Below, in pieces: positions 1 to 10,495 of a stretch of 56,050 nucleotides of DNA. The stretch comes from Candidatus Sodaliphilus aphodohippi (GTDB lineage: Bacteria; Bacteroidota; Bacteroidia; Bacteroidales; Muribaculaceae). The translations under genes were made by a program, and so were the position numbers. The notes beneath the pieces are model-generated. The model saw nothing but the letters and a program-made list of their open reading frames with translations, searched no databases and was not told where the DNA came from. Where the stretch lies: positions 1 through 56,050 of the forward strand of contig JAGHSV010000034.1 of assembly GCA_018065665.1 (NCBI GenBank), given 5' to 3'. The stretch's first letter is position 1. Each line of letters starts with the position of its first letter.

Positions 1-972
1 GTCTTGCAGACACCGATAAACCGTCCAGACATCTACAGTGTGCATGATCATAACCAAGGCGTAGTCATGGTCAAAATTGCCCAATATGCAGTGTTGCTCA
101 AATGTGACAAGCGTGCCGAGGCATTGAATTTGCTTATGCAACAGGAGCAGTCCTTGCGCGAGAACAAGATGACATTTGAGTTGCTGGAGGTGCTGCAACT
201 CATCAGGCAGCACTATGAGGTGGATGGTAACGAGGCTATGGCCAATAAATATAGTTTGTTGTACTATACCACCAAGGACGAGTTCATCAACAAGAGCCGC
301 CTGGGCAAGATGGATGAGGCCAAGCTGAACATCGAGCTGGAGCAAACGCGCGAACAAGTGCGCGAGATGGCAAACCGGCAAAAGATTCAAACTATCGTGC
401 TGTGGGGCGTGGTCATCATCGCGTTGCTGGCGCTCACCATCCTTGCCGTGTTGTACGTCAACTACCGCAAGACCAAACTCACCAACAGCCTATTATATGA
501 AAAATACATTGCCGTGCTCAATGCTGCCGATGACTCGCCAGCCGTTGCAGCCGACAAGGCTGATGACTCCACCGGGCAAGAGGGCCCGACACAGTCCGAC
601 CGCGAACTGATGGCCAAAATCACGGCGGTCATGGAGTCTTCGCCCGAGATTTATAACGAGGGATTCTCGCGGCAGCGCCTTGCCGAACTGGTGGGCATCA
701 ACATCAAATATCTGTCGCGCGCCATCAATGCCTGCAGCCAGAGCAACTTCAATGGGTTGCTGAACGAGTATCGCATCAAGGAAGCCTGTCGACGGCTGAT
801 GGATACCGGCACATACGGCAGTTATACCATCGAGACCATTGGCAAAAGCGTGGGATTTGCATCGCGTAGCAACTTCACCACCGTCTTCAAGAACATAGTG
901 GGCCTCACCCCGGCAACATTCCAGAAGACGCACCGACAGAAAGCACCGACAACCATCCCTGCCGACGAGTAA
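1..972 (+). CDS. Membrane-anchored AraC-family transcriptional regulator (5'-partial; helical repeat region, TM helix, AraC HTH)
   Basis: Frame is open from position 1; hydrophobic segment IVLWGVVIIALLALTILAVLYV; C-terminal AraC signature LNEYRIKEAC...TIETIGKSVGFASRSNFTTVFKNIVGLTP. Confidence 0.88.
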   Translation, partial: VLQTPINRPDIYSVHDHNQGVVMVKIAQYAVLLKCDKRAEALNLLMQQEQSLRENKMTFELLEVLQLIRQHYEVDGNEAMANKYSLLYYTTKDEFINKSRLGKMDEAKLNIELEQTREQVREMANRQKIQTIVLWGVVIIALLALTILAVLYVNYRKTKLTNSLLYEKYIAVLNAADDSPAVAADKADDSTGQEGPTQSDRELMAKITAVMESSPEIYNEGFSRQRLAELVGINIKYLSRAINACSQSNFNGLLNEYRIKEACRRLMDTGTYGSYTIETIGKSVGFASRSNFTTVFKNIVGLTPATFQKTHRQKAPTTIPADE

Positions 973-978
973 CATGCT

Positions 979-1037
979 GCGACCGGGACGGGACGCGCAT
1001 ACCCCGCAGGCCCTCGCTCGTGCGAGTGCCTACGGGG
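979..1037. repeat. Composite REP-like element (module 979-996 plus hairpin module 1002-1037)
   Basis: 979-996 is the exact reverse complement of 11535-11552; 1002-1037 CCCCGCAGGCCCTC...GAGTGCCTACGGGG recurs at 54919-54950. Confidence 0.7.
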
Positions 1038-1062
1038 ATATTCAAATACTGTCATATTTCAG

Positions 1063-3303
1063 TTACTTGGTCATGAAGAAGGTGATGTGACGGGCGGCGA
1101 GCAGTTGGGCATAGGTGATGAAATTGCCCTCGTGGCGCTTGCCGTCAATCTCGACATGGTCAACATACATGTTTGTCTCGCTGATATTGCGGGCTTCGAT
1201 GACGAGCGGATGGGTGTCCTTGCCGTCGGGCGAGGTAATCTGCATGGTGATGCGGGGGAACTGGGGCGCTCCCAGTGCAAAGAGGTTGCTTGCCGGAGTG
1301 ACGGGGTAGAAGCCCATTACCGAGAACAGGTACCAAGCCGACATCTGTCCACAGTCGTCATTGCCGTTGAACCCGTCGGGGGCGTTGCGGTAGTTGTCGC
1401 GCACGGTCTTGCGAATGAGTTGTTGTGCTTTATGTGGCTGTCCGCAGTAGTCATAGAGGTAGATGTAGTGGTGTCCGGGCTCATTGTCGTGCTTGTAGTG
1501 CCCTCCGTCGAAATTCTGGTCGAGTTTGCGGGCGAAAGCATCTTTGCCTCCCATCATCTCGATCATGCCAGGGATGTCCTGCATGACACAGAAGAGGTAG
1601 GTCCACTTCGACCCCTCGGTGAGTCCGTGCCGGTCGTGGTCGTCGATGTCAATCCAAGTGCCGTCGTAGCGACGGGGCAGCATGAACCCTTTTTCCTTGT
1701 TATACTGGTTGCGGTAGTTCTGTGACCATCGCAAGAGGTTGTTGTAGTCATCGGTCTTGCCCATGTCGCGGGCCACCTGTGCGATGCACCAGTCGTCGAG
1801 GGCATACTCGAGTGTTCGCGACACGCTCTCGGCAGTGCGGTCGTCGGGCACATATCCGATGGTGTGGTAGAAACTGGCTCCGGCACGAGCCTCGTAGGCG
1901 GTCCAGCGGTCGCGGTCGCCATATCGTCGCTGTGTGTCGCCGTCGGGCGGTACCATGGCATCCTTTCGCATAGCCTCGTAGGCGAGGTTGACGTCAAAGT
2001 TGCGTATGCCTTTCATGTAGGCGTCGGCAATGACGGCGTCGGCATGGGTGGCAATCATGATGTTGGTGTATGAGGGGTTGGGCCACATGGGCAGCCATCC
2101 GCCTTCCTTGTACATGTTCAGCAAACCGGTAATCATGTCGCCCGTCATCGTGGGCTCGAGCAGCGTGAGCAGCGGGTGAGTGGCGCGGAAGGTGTCCCAC
2201 AGCGAGAAGTCGTTGTAGGAGATGCCCTCGTGCACCTTGTCGTCCATGGCGCTGTAGTAGTGCCCGTACTCGCTGAAGTCGCGCGGAAACAGGTAGTTGT
2301 GATAGAGCGCGGTTGTAAAGATAATCTTGTCGTCGCGGTTGCCGGTCTCGACCGACATCTTTCCCAGCACCTTGTCCCACTGGTCGCGTGTGCTGGCCAT
2401 CAGTGACTTGAAATTATTGTTGCCGACCTCTTTGTCGAGGTTTTCCCGTGCCTGTTCCAGGCTGATGAACGAAGTTCCCACCTGTGCGACTACGGGTGCC
2501 TTGCCGTTGGCGCCAAACTCGACAAAAGCCCCCATGCGCGTGCCGCTGAGTTCGTCGCGGTCGCGGTAAACCTTGTCGCCGTCCCATGTGCCGAAACCGA
2601 TGATGGGCCGGTTGAAGCGTACTACGAAATAACCCTTGAAATTGGGAGTTTCGGGTCCAATTTGGGCACTCTGCCGGTCGGGGTTGTAACCCACGATTTC
2701 GCCCTTGGCGACGTCCACCTTTACCCAACCACGCAGTTTCTGGAGTCGTGGTCCGTAGTCGTTGCACCAGTCGCCCAACTCGGGGTTCAGATTAATACCC
2801 TGAAGTATAATGCGTTGATTGGCTTTACTCGGGAAAGAGAACGTCATGATGGCGGCTCGGCTGGCAGCGGTCATCTCGGCGTGGATGATACCCTCGGCAG
2901 CCTGCTGGTCAACGGAGTAAGAGTATGGGTGTGCCTCCTCGCGATTATGGCTGTAAGGCAGCGCGCGGTCGTGCGACAGCGTTCGCACCTCGGTGCCGGT
3001 CTGCGGCATGATCGACATATAGCCGTAGTCACCCATCCAGATGGTTGGCTGGTGTGATGCCATGAAACCCATAATTGACTTGTCGTCATAGATATAAGCC
3101 ATTGTACCCATCTTGTTCTCGCGGGTCTGGGGCAGGAAATTGGTCATGGCGTGTGGCACTCCGACAAACGGTGCGGTGCCTCCCTCACCTTTGGTTGCCG
3201 TACCCATGTGAACATTGACGAAGTCGGACGGGCAAGTGTTTGACTTTGCCCACGCAGCGGCAACAAAAGTCACCATCAGCAATATAGTCGCTATTTTTTT
3301 CAT
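1063..3303 (-). CDS. GH92 glycoside hydrolase (alpha-mannosidase family), copy 1
   Basis: Signal peptide; GH92 motifs FSLWDTFRA, LTEG, DNEPGHH, GNDDCGQMSAWY. Confidence 0.93.
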   Translation of the reverse strand: MKKIATILLMVTFVAAAWAKSNTCPSDFVNVHMGTATKGEGGTAPFVGVPHAMTNFLPQTRENKMGTMAYIYDDKSIMGFMASHQPTIWMGDYGYMSIMPQTGTEVRTLSHDRALPYSHNREEAHPYSYSVDQQAAEGIIHAEMTAASRAAIMTFSFPSKANQRIILQGINLNPELGDWCNDYGPRLQKLRGWVKVDVAKGEIVGYNPDRQSAQIGPETPNFKGYFVVRFNRPIIGFGTWDGDKVYRDRDELSGTRMGAFVEFGANGKAPVVAQVGTSFISLEQARENLDKEVGNNNFKSLMASTRDQWDKVLGKMSVETGNRDDKIIFTTALYHNYLFPRDFSEYGHYYSAMDDKVHEGISYNDFSLWDTFRATHPLLTLLEPTMTGDMITGLLNMYKEGGWLPMWPNPSYTNIMIATHADAVIADAYMKGIRNFDVNLAYEAMRKDAMVPPDGDTQRRYGDRDRWTAYEARAGASFYHTIGYVPDDRTAESVSRTLEYALDDWCIAQVARDMGKTDDYNNLLRWSQNYRNQYNKEKGFMLPRRYDGTWIDIDDHDRHGLTEGSKWTYLFCVMQDIPGMIEMMGGKDAFARKLDQNFDGGHYKHDNEPGHHYIYLYDYCGQPHKAQQLIRKTVRDNYRNAPDGFNGNDDCGQMSAWYLFSVMGFYPVTPASNLFALGAPQFPRITMQITSPDGKDTHPLVIEARNISETNMYVDHVEIDGKRHEGNFITYAQLLAARHITFFMTK

Positions 3304-3315
3304 ATCGTTGTTTTT

Positions 3316-5328
3316 TTACTTGAGAACCCAAACGCACGAGTCGGTAGCCCCCTCGTCGGTGTGCACCACTATGTTGTTGTCGCCTTTGGAGAGCTGAACG
3401 CCGTGTGCCGTCCAGGTGTGATAGCCATTGTCTTGGAGTTGATATGTAGTCCCGTTGACGGTCAGGACGGGGTTGTTGCAGTTGCTGTAAACCTTCACGT
3501 CGGTGAGGGCTTCCTTGCGCTCGACGTCCCGCTGTGAGCAGATGTGTGCCATGGGTTCGGGGTTCCATTGGGCCTTGTAGAAATAGAAAGCGTCCTTGCG
3601 CACCTTGCGGTCATAGGTGACGAGTCCCTTGTCGTTGATGCCCATGGCGTCGCCTTCGTGCCGACCGGCGCTGGCAAAGTCAAACATGTTCCAGACAAAG
3701 GTGCCCCACAGCATCGGGCTCTTGTCAATCTCGCGATAATTGCACTCGTGGACAAAGGCTTGCCACTCCTCGGGGTGCCACTCGCCGTCGGTCTTGGGCG
3801 CGGACTTCACATGCTGGTCGTGGTGATGTATGCTCGCCCCGGCACCGTACTCGCTGATGGCGATGCTCTTGCCGCTGTCGGGCTTGTAGTTCCATGCGAT
3901 GGTCCACTTCATTGCCGTCGGGTCGGACCAGTACCATCCGGGATAGGTGTTATGCCCCACGGCGTCGGGTATCCGGTTCTCGGGGCGGCCGGCATTGTTG
4001 GTGGCGCCGACGGTGATGCGTGTCGGGTCTTCGCGGTGTGCCAGGTCGTTGAGCCGCGCCACGAGAAGTTCGGGGTTAGTGCCTTCGCCCAACTCGTTAT
4101 ATAGACTCCAGCAGAAAATAGAAGGGTGGTTATAGCTCTGCCGGATTAGTTCCACAAGCATGTTGCAGGTGTTGGCATCAAACTCGGCATTATTCCTGGT
4201 GCCCTTTTCGACAAACGGAATCTCGGCCCACACGAGCATGCCCTCGCGGTCGCACAGTGAGTAAAAATACTGTGAGTGAGGATAGTGTGCCAGACGAATG
4301 GTGTTTGCGCCAATCTCCTTGATCATTGCCATGTCCTGGTCGTGGTCATCGTTGGTGATTGCCCACCCCTTGTCCTGCCGGTCCTGATGGCGGTTGACAC
4401 CACGCAGGGGGTAGGACTCGCCGTTGAGGTAGAATCCCTTGTTGTGGTCGATGTGGCATGAGCGAAGGCCGATTTGCTCGGTAACCTCGTCAATGACATT
4501 GTTGCCGTCCATCAACTGGATGTTGCATGAATACATTGCCGCATCTTTCTTGCCGTTCCACAGGTGTGGGTTGGGGATGGTGACCGGCAGGGAAATCTCA
4601 TAGAAATCGGTACCTCGTTTCATGCTGCCGCCGCTGACGTCAACACTGCTGCCACAGCCGTCGGTGGCAGTGACGTGCAGACTGAGACGGTGTTTCACGT
4701 CGGCAGTAAGGTCCACTCGTGCCTTGACCTCGATTCGGGCTTTATCGGCCGAGACCTCGTTCTGCTTGATATAGACACCCTTGGTGGCATGGTCGAGGAG
4801 AGTGATGCCGTTGGCGGGTGCCACCTCGAGATAGACGGGCCGGTAGATGCCGCCAAAGACGGTGAAGTCGCCCGCGAGCGGTATAATGGTCTCATCCAGC
4901 GCGTTGCTGACGCGTACCAATAGTTCGTTGCCCTTGGGTTTGAGAAAAGGAGTGGCATCGGCGGTGAATGCTGTGAACGCCCCCTTGTGCTCGGCGGCCA
5001 GGTTGCCGTTGACATATACGCGCGCATGCTGGCTGACACCCTCAAAGTGAATCACGACGCGCTTGCCTTTGATGTCGTTGGGAGCGTCAAAGCAATATCG
5101 ATAGGTACCGTTGCCGCGAAAATATCGGGGCGTGCAGCCGTCGCTTGCGTTCCATGAGTGAGGAATGCTGACCTCTTGCCACTGTGTGTCGCTGTTGGCG
5201 TGCTCCACATCGCTTTTCACAAACTGCCATGCGCCGCCAAGGGGTTGCTGCCATCTTGTGCGTGCCGTAGCGGCCAGCGCCATGACAGCAGTCAAAACCA
5301 TCATTAGAGTTAATCCATACCTTTTCAT
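3316..5328 (-). CDS. GH2 glycoside hydrolase (beta-galactosidase-like)
   Basis: Signal peptide; GVNRHQD, IRLAHYP, WSLYNE (acid/base), SEYGAG (nucleophile), NDKGLVTYDRK. Confidence 0.92.
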   Translation of the reverse strand: MKRYGLTLMMVLTAVMALAATARTRWQQPLGGAWQFVKSDVEHANSDTQWQEVSIPHSWNASDGCTPRYFRGNGTYRYCFDAPNDIKGKRVVIHFEGVSQHARVYVNGNLAAEHKGAFTAFTADATPFLKPKGNELLVRVSNALDETIIPLAGDFTVFGGIYRPVYLEVAPANGITLLDHATKGVYIKQNEVSADKARIEVKARVDLTADVKHRLSLHVTATDGCGSSVDVSGGSMKRGTDFYEISLPVTIPNPHLWNGKKDAAMYSCNIQLMDGNNVIDEVTEQIGLRSCHIDHNKGFYLNGESYPLRGVNRHQDRQDKGWAITNDDHDQDMAMIKEIGANTIRLAHYPHSQYFYSLCDREGMLVWAEIPFVEKGTRNNAEFDANTCNMLVELIRQSYNHPSIFCWSLYNELGEGTNPELLVARLNDLAHREDPTRITVGATNNAGRPENRIPDAVGHNTYPGWYWSDPTAMKWTIAWNYKPDSGKSIAISEYGAGASIHHHDQHVKSAPKTDGEWHPEEWQAFVHECNYREIDKSPMLWGTFVWNMFDFASAGRHEGDAMGINDKGLVTYDRKVRKDAFYFYKAQWNPEPMAHICSQRDVERKEALTDVKVYSNCNNPVLTVNGTTYQLQDNGYHTWTAHGVQLSKGDNNIVVHTDEGATDSCVWVLK

Positions 5329-5332
5329 GCTA

Positions 5333-5340
5333 CAAAGTTA
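5333..5340 (-). promoter_or_regulatory. Bacteroidetes -7 promoter element for the GH2-GH92 operon
   Basis: TAACTTTG on the minus strand, 4 nt before the ATG at 5328. Confidence 0.7.
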
Positions 5341-5680
5341 ACAAATCGGTCACGAAAAAATAACAATAAATGTCCTATTAAATATTACAATCGTATTAAA
5401 AATATGCCGTACCATAAGCATCGTTTTGCGATATACCCCAAAAACACTATGGTATTTGGTAGCAGAAAGGAGAATGCTGCCTTGTTGGCAAAATATTGGA
5501 TTTTGAAACGAGCTGTTACAAAATGCTTTTTTTCTGGTCAAAAATAGACTTTTGTTCTTTGAACGCCCACCGAAATTCAGTGTTTTTTGAGCGAAAATTT
5601 ATTTTTTTGTTTATTTTTTTTGGTGGAAAAGTTCAAGAGTACTAAATTTGTGAACAAAATTACTATTGTTTATTAGAAAT

Positions 5681-5890
5681 ATGGCACAAAAGCATTCACT
5701 AACAAATCGCGAAATACAGATTCTGGAGCTTCTTTCCCAAGGGTTGAGCAGTGCAGAAATTGCACAACAACTCTTTATCTCACCTAACACAGTTGAGTTC
5801 CACCGAAAGCAACTGCTTCGCAAGACCGATTCGCGCAACGTGGCACACCTGATAGGGAATGCATTTCGCAAGAAACTTCTCACACTGTAA
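5681..5890 (+). CDS. Stand-alone LuxR-type HTH regulator (69 aa)
   Basis: LTNREIQILELLSQGLSSAEIAQQLFISPNTVEFHRKQLLRK; TAAATTTG -7 element upstream near 5643; ATG at 5681. Confidence 0.9.
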   Translation: MAQKHSLTNREIQILELLSQGLSSAEIAQQLFISPNTVEFHRKQLLRKTDSRNVAHLIGNAFRKKLLTL

Positions 5891-5918
5891 TTAAATAGTC
5901 AATATCATATTTAACAAT

Positions 5919-5952
5919 GTGGTGGCATTCAATAAATGCTACTACTTTTTTT
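5919..5952 (+). terminator. Intrinsic terminator after the luxR-type gene
   Basis: GTGGTGGCATT...AATGCTACTAC stem followed by a T tract. Confidence 0.7.
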
Positions 5953-6079
5953 GCAATGATATTCTATTTGCCCTTGTAAACAAGAGCAGTGATCACACCT
6001 TTTGTGACTTGCCACATTAAGTAACTAAAGAAAGGCGGAGCCCTATACGCAGAGCCTTGATGGCTCTGCAGATTGTTGC

Positions 6080-7708
6080 CTATATTATTTGGTCTATAAA
6101 ATCTTTCTTCTCAATAATTTTGCCAATAGAATCGGTGATGCTCCATTGAGTAATGTTACGGACTTCAGAAGATATACTTATACCACACTTGGTCACCTTG
6201 CGTCCGTCAGCCTCGTAAGGTATGGCATACCCTTTGCTGTCAATCTGTGCAAGGGCATTCTCTACAGTATCGTCAACTTTCAACTCCAGTACAAAGATGT
6301 CCGTCTTGGTCTTGATTACCACATCGGCACGGCCGTGAATGCTCTTGACTTCGGTATCAACCGTTGAATTGAGCATGGAGAATGCCATGTAGAGTAATAG
6401 TTGATAGAATGACTCACGGTGCTCCTTATCTTCCCACTCTTCTTTGGTTATAACATCGTATGGTATCTTGGCAATATAGGAGCGAAGAGCCGTGAGGGCT
6501 TCAGAAAGATTGCTCTTGAATATGGCTCTTGCCATTGCTGCAACCACGCTATTATTGTCGGCTACTGTGCGCTTTAGGATAATTGGCATCAAGCAGTCTA
6601 TGAGCCCTTTCCTTACTTCATTATTGGGAATCTTCAATTCATAACGATGAGTAAAACGGTCATAGGATGCGATAGTGAGATATCCACTCTGATAGAGCAA
6701 TGGCATTGGTGAATCGGCATTCTCACATGGGACGCTAAACTCATTTTCGCTCACTTCCACACCATCATAATCCAGTGCCCGGGTGATTGGGAAACGTGAA
6801 AGATGCTTGAGCAATGAGCCTGAGGTCGCATTGTCAAACCAATAGTGAGTTGCGTCATTGTCATTAAGTGCATTCAGCAAACTGTATGGAGCATATACAT
6901 CTTTACTCTTTTTAGAAAAATGGTAGCCGTCATAGTTTTTCTTCAATAACGCATACGCTTCATCAACGGTTATCTCCAAGTTCTGAGCATATTCCTCCAC
7001 ACAAGGGCGCAAGGTGGTGTCCAGTTCCTCCTGCGTGATGCCACAGATAACAGAATAATCATCAAGCATCGAGATTTGCTTCAAATTATTCAGCTCAGAG
7101 AAAATGCTGAGTTGTGAAAACTTGGTGACACCGGTAATAAAGACAAAGCGCAGATATTCGCCTTCATCCTTAAGCACTTGATAAAACTCTCGAAGCAAAG
7201 AACGCATAGCTTCAAGTTGTTCGGCTTTACCAAGCAATCTCATGATTGGCGAATCATATTCATCAAGAATGATAACCGCCTTTTCGCCTGTCTGTTCGTA
7301 AGCATTGTGAATCAAACGACGGAATCTTGCTCCAGGTGTTTTGTCTGCCTCGTTTCTGCTATACCCTGATTCGTAATCACCAATGAATGCTTCCAACTTA
7401 GACTTGGCATCAGGAATACTACAGTCCTTTAGGCCGCTCAATATAAAATGGAACACCGGGTACTTTTTCCACTGCTTCTCCAACTCCATCACCTTCAGCC
7501 CTTCAAACAATTCCTTCTGCCCATTAAAATATGCCTTAAAAGTATTACAGAGCAGAGATTTTCCAAATCTACGAGGACGAGCCAGAAAAACATAATTATA
7601 TTTGTCGGCAAGATCATACATCATGTCGGTCTTGTCAACATACACTTTGCCTTGCTCCCTTATTTTCTGGAACTGGTCAGTATCTACCGGGTATCTGAAT
7701 TTACTCAT
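6080..7708 (-). CDS. AAA-family ATPase with C-terminal PD-(D/E)XK nuclease domain
   Basis: YVDKT, Walker A RPRRFGKS, Walker B IILDEYD, C-terminal GRADVV...ELK...ALAQI..KGY; AT-richer than flanks. Confidence 0.9.
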   Translation of the reverse strand: MSKFRYPVDTDQFQKIREQGKVYVDKTDMMYDLADKYNYVFLARPRRFGKSLLCNTFKAYFNGQKELFEGLKVMELEKQWKKYPVFHFILSGLKDCSIPDAKSKLEAFIGDYESGYSRNEADKTPGARFRRLIHNAYEQTGEKAVIILDEYDSPIMRLLGKAEQLEAMRSLLREFYQVLKDEGEYLRFVFITGVTKFSQLSIFSELNNLKQISMLDDYSVICGITQEELDTTLRPCVEEYAQNLEITVDEAYALLKKNYDGYHFSKKSKDVYAPYSLLNALNDNDATHYWFDNATSGSLLKHLSRFPITRALDYDGVEVSENEFSVPCENADSPMPLLYQSGYLTIASYDRFTHRYELKIPNNEVRKGLIDCLMPIILKRTVADNNSVVAAMARAIFKSNLSEALTALRSYIAKIPYDVITKEEWEDKEHRESFYQLLLYMAFSMLNSTVDTEVKSIHGRADVVIKTKTDIFVLELKVDDTVENALAQIDSKGYAIPYEADGRKVTKCGISISSEVRNITQWSITDSIGKIIEKKDFIDQII

Positions 7709-7855
7709 TTTAATCTGTAAAATGTCGTTTTCTTGATATATTAGCCGACGTTGTCGGCAAAGGTATTAATTTTTCTTCAAATATCGCTCATTTCAGTTGC
7801 TTTTTGAGCAAACTTTAACAAGATTTGTCAAGAAAAACCCCCTCAACGTCAATTG

Positions 7856-8575
7856 TTAGACAATCTCATCGAGTGTCGAGACCTCATGGTCGGCAATGCC
7901 GGCGGCAATCGGTTTGTTTTTCAGGTTGAAGTATATGGTGCGCCATCCGGCGTTGTGTGCACCGGCAATGTCGGCATCGGGATCGTCTCCAATCATCACC
8001 GTGGTGTCGGCACTGGCATGGCACACCTCAAGGGCGTAGTCAAAGATTCCCCTCAATGGTTTGGTAATGCCGCAGTCATCGCTCAGCACAAGGCGGTTGA
8101 TGTATCCGTCGATGCCTGCCGACTGCAGTTTCTTCAGTTGCACACCCTTGAAACCGTTGCTCAGTATGTTTACCTCAAATCCATGTTCCTGAAGGCGTTG
8201 CAACAGTTGACGGGCACCGGGCACCAGCCGTGGCAGAGTTGCAAGGAACGACAGGTACTCCTCGTTCATCCATGCCCCCAACTCATCACAGTCGCCATCA
8301 TAGCCCGATTTGTCGAGCGCATAGCGGAACCTCTCGTTTACCAGATAGTCCTTCCCGATTTTGCCGTGGTGGTAGAGAGTCCACAGTTCGTTGTTGCGTT
8401 TGAGGTAAATATCGTGGAACAGATTGTATGGCGGCATCGTGTGCTCCCGTGCCGCCTCCTCGTATGTATGCAGGAACGCTACCTTGCTGTTCTCGGTGAA
8501 CCACCACAAAGTGTCGTCCAAATCAACAAACACCGTCCTGACTCCATCAAGCATGCTATTACTCTTCTTTTCCAT
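7856..8575 (-). CDS. YjjG-like HAD pyrimidine nucleotidase
   Basis: DLDDTLW, SNGF, KP..GIF, MIGDDPDADIAGA; ATG at 8575 just after a TAACTTTG element. Confidence 0.88.
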   Translation of the reverse strand: MEKKSNSMLDGVRTVFVDLDDTLWWFTENSKVAFLHTYEEAAREHTMPPYNLFHDIYLKRNNELWTLYHHGKIGKDYLVNERFRYALDKSGYDGDCDELGAWMNEEYLSFLATLPRLVPGARQLLQRLQEHGFEVNILSNGFKGVQLKKLQSAGIDGYINRLVLSDDCGITKPLRGIFDYALEVCHASADTTVMIGDDPDADIAGAHNAGWRTIYFNLKNKPIAAGIADHEVSTLDEIV

Positions 8576-8611
8576 ACATGACAAAGTTACAAAAAACTTT
8601 TGATACAGCAA

Positions 8612-8640
8612 AAAGGCAGAGGACTGCTCTCCTCTGCCTT
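8612..8640 (-). terminator. Intrinsic terminator after the M23 gene
   Basis: AAGGCAGAGGA...TCCTCTGCCTT stem with T tract on the minus strand. Confidence 0.75.
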
Positions 8641-8688
8641 AGTCATATTCTTGATGTTGAAATATCTACTCGAAAACCCCGATACACA

Positions 8689-9459
8689 TTACTTTGAAGC
8701 AGTGGTGGTGCCTTCGTAGTTGCGGGCCTGCGTGTAAGTGGTCTTGGTGAATGTGTAGTTGTCGGTGTGGGTAACGCGATTCTTGAAGTCAAAGATGGCT
8801 TCGGGATTGATGGCGTAGCCCATGAAACGTGTTTCAAAGTGGAGGTGCGGACCTGTGCTGTGTCCGGTGTTGCCGCTGAGTGCGATGGGCTGACCGGCCT
8901 TCACATACTGGTTGGGCTGCACGAGGAAACGGCTGAGGTGACCATAAACGGTTTCCAGACCGTTGTCATGGCGTACGATAACATAAAATCCGTAACCCGA
9001 GCGTTCAAACTTGGTCAAGCGGATGCGACCGCTGAATGCCGAGCGAACGGTGTCACCAATGGCGGCACGCAGGTCAACCCCCTTGTGCATGCGTCCAAAA
9101 CGAGGACGGTAGCCATATGGCGAAGTGATGTAGTTGCCTTTGACGGGCATGCAATATCCCTTGACGTTAATTACCTTGCGGTTGGGAACTTGGCTCTCTT
9201 TGTAGCAGTTAACGATTCCGCTATCCCAACCCTCGGTGTAGATATCGGGTTCGGGTTCTTCTTCCTCATAGAGTTTGAGGGCGTATTTCTGTGAGTCGGC
9301 CAGACGTATCTGGTCCTTGATGTTACCTTGTCTTGCCAGCAGTTTGTCGTGGCGGTTCTTGTTGTTTGTTACTGATTGAAGATTTTGTGCAGTTGCCACC
9401 ATTGACAAAGATGCCGCGGCAGCGATTACTATACATGTAATTTTTTTCAGTATATTCAT
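8689..9459 (-). CDS. M23 family metallopeptidase
   Basis: HKGVD, YGHL, STGPHLHFE; signal peptide. Confidence 0.92.
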   Translation of the reverse strand: MNILKKITCIVIAAAASLSMVATAQNLQSVTNNKNRHDKLLARQGNIKDQIRLADSQKYALKLYEEEEPEPDIYTEGWDSGIVNCYKESQVPNRKVINVKGYCMPVKGNYITSPYGYRPRFGRMHKGVDLRAAIGDTVRSAFSGRIRLTKFERSGYGFYVIVRHDNGLETVYGHLSRFLVQPNQYVKAGQPIALSGNTGHSTGPHLHFETRFMGYAINPEAIFDFKNRVTHTDNYTFTKTTYTQARNYEGTTTASK

Positions 9460-9949
9460 AAATAATTTTTTTGGAGGCTCATCAAACCAAATGCGGCTCG
9501 CAGGCGGTTTGAATCAGTCTAAGCAACACCATAAAACAGTTGCCACGCCTCGTTAATAATTAGGCTATTCGTTTCAAATAGCGTTCAAAGTTAGCATTTT
9601 ATTTTGTAATAGCACCCAAAAATACCGCTAAAAAATGTAAACTTTGGTTTTGCTGTGTTAACAACGGTTGCCGTTCTCCCCATGGTCACGCAGTTTGGGC
9701 AAGGTTGTTAAAAACTTTATTTTTTTGTCAAAAAAGGCATAATAATGGTCTAAAACGGCTTTTGCGGGGCTTGATGCCGATAGCGAGAACCATCATTCGG
9801 TGCCCTGCACAACGACAAAGTTACTACAACTTGACCGATTGTGCAAATTCTTTGTTTTTTTATCGGTTAATATTGCTGCTGTTCGGGAAAGTTGTAGTAA
9901 ATTTGTATCAATATGAAATCACTATACTCACTTTATAGATTATAGCAAT

Positions 9950-10495
9950 ATGAACTACGTATTTTTTGCCGACGGATTTGAAGAGATAGAGGCTCTGACC
10001 GCAGTTGATGTGATGCGCCGCGCCGGAATGCCGGTGACCACAGTGTCAATAAACCCGTTTGATGTCGTGACAGGTGCCCACGGCGTGGTAGTCAGCACCG
10101 ATGCCGTGCTTGACGGCCTTAACATGTCGGACGCTCAGTGGCTGGTACTGCCCGGTGGAATGCCCGGCGCAACCAATCTGCTGGAGTGTGACGAGCTGGC
10201 ACATGCTCTTGTTGAGCACAATCGCCGCGAGGGGCGTATTGCCGCCATCTGTGCGAGTCCTGCTGTGGTGCTGGCACCACTGGGAATCCTGGACGGTAAG
10301 CGTGCCGTGTGCTATCCCGGCATGGAGGTCGAGGGTTATGGCGCTGAGTGGTGTGAAGCGCTGACAATGACCAGCGGCAACGTCATAACAGGTTCAAGCC
10401 CCGGTGCAGCCATGCAGTTTGCATTGGCAATCGTGGCTGCAACACCCAACACCAATGCCGCGGCAGTCGCTGCCGGCATGGTCCTTGACAGGTGA
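9950..10495 (+). CDS. DJ-1/PfpI (ThiJ/YajL-like) protein
   Basis: GFEEIEA, LPGGMPGA, AAICASP. Confidence 0.92.
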   Translation: MNYVFFADGFEEIEALTAVDVMRRAGMPVTTVSINPFDVVTGAHGVVVSTDAVLDGLNMSDAQWLVLPGGMPGATNLLECDELAHALVEHNRREGRIAAICASPAVVLAPLGILDGKRAVCYPGMEVEGYGAEWCEALTMTSGNVITGSSPGAAMQFALAIVAATPNTNAAAVAAGMVLDR

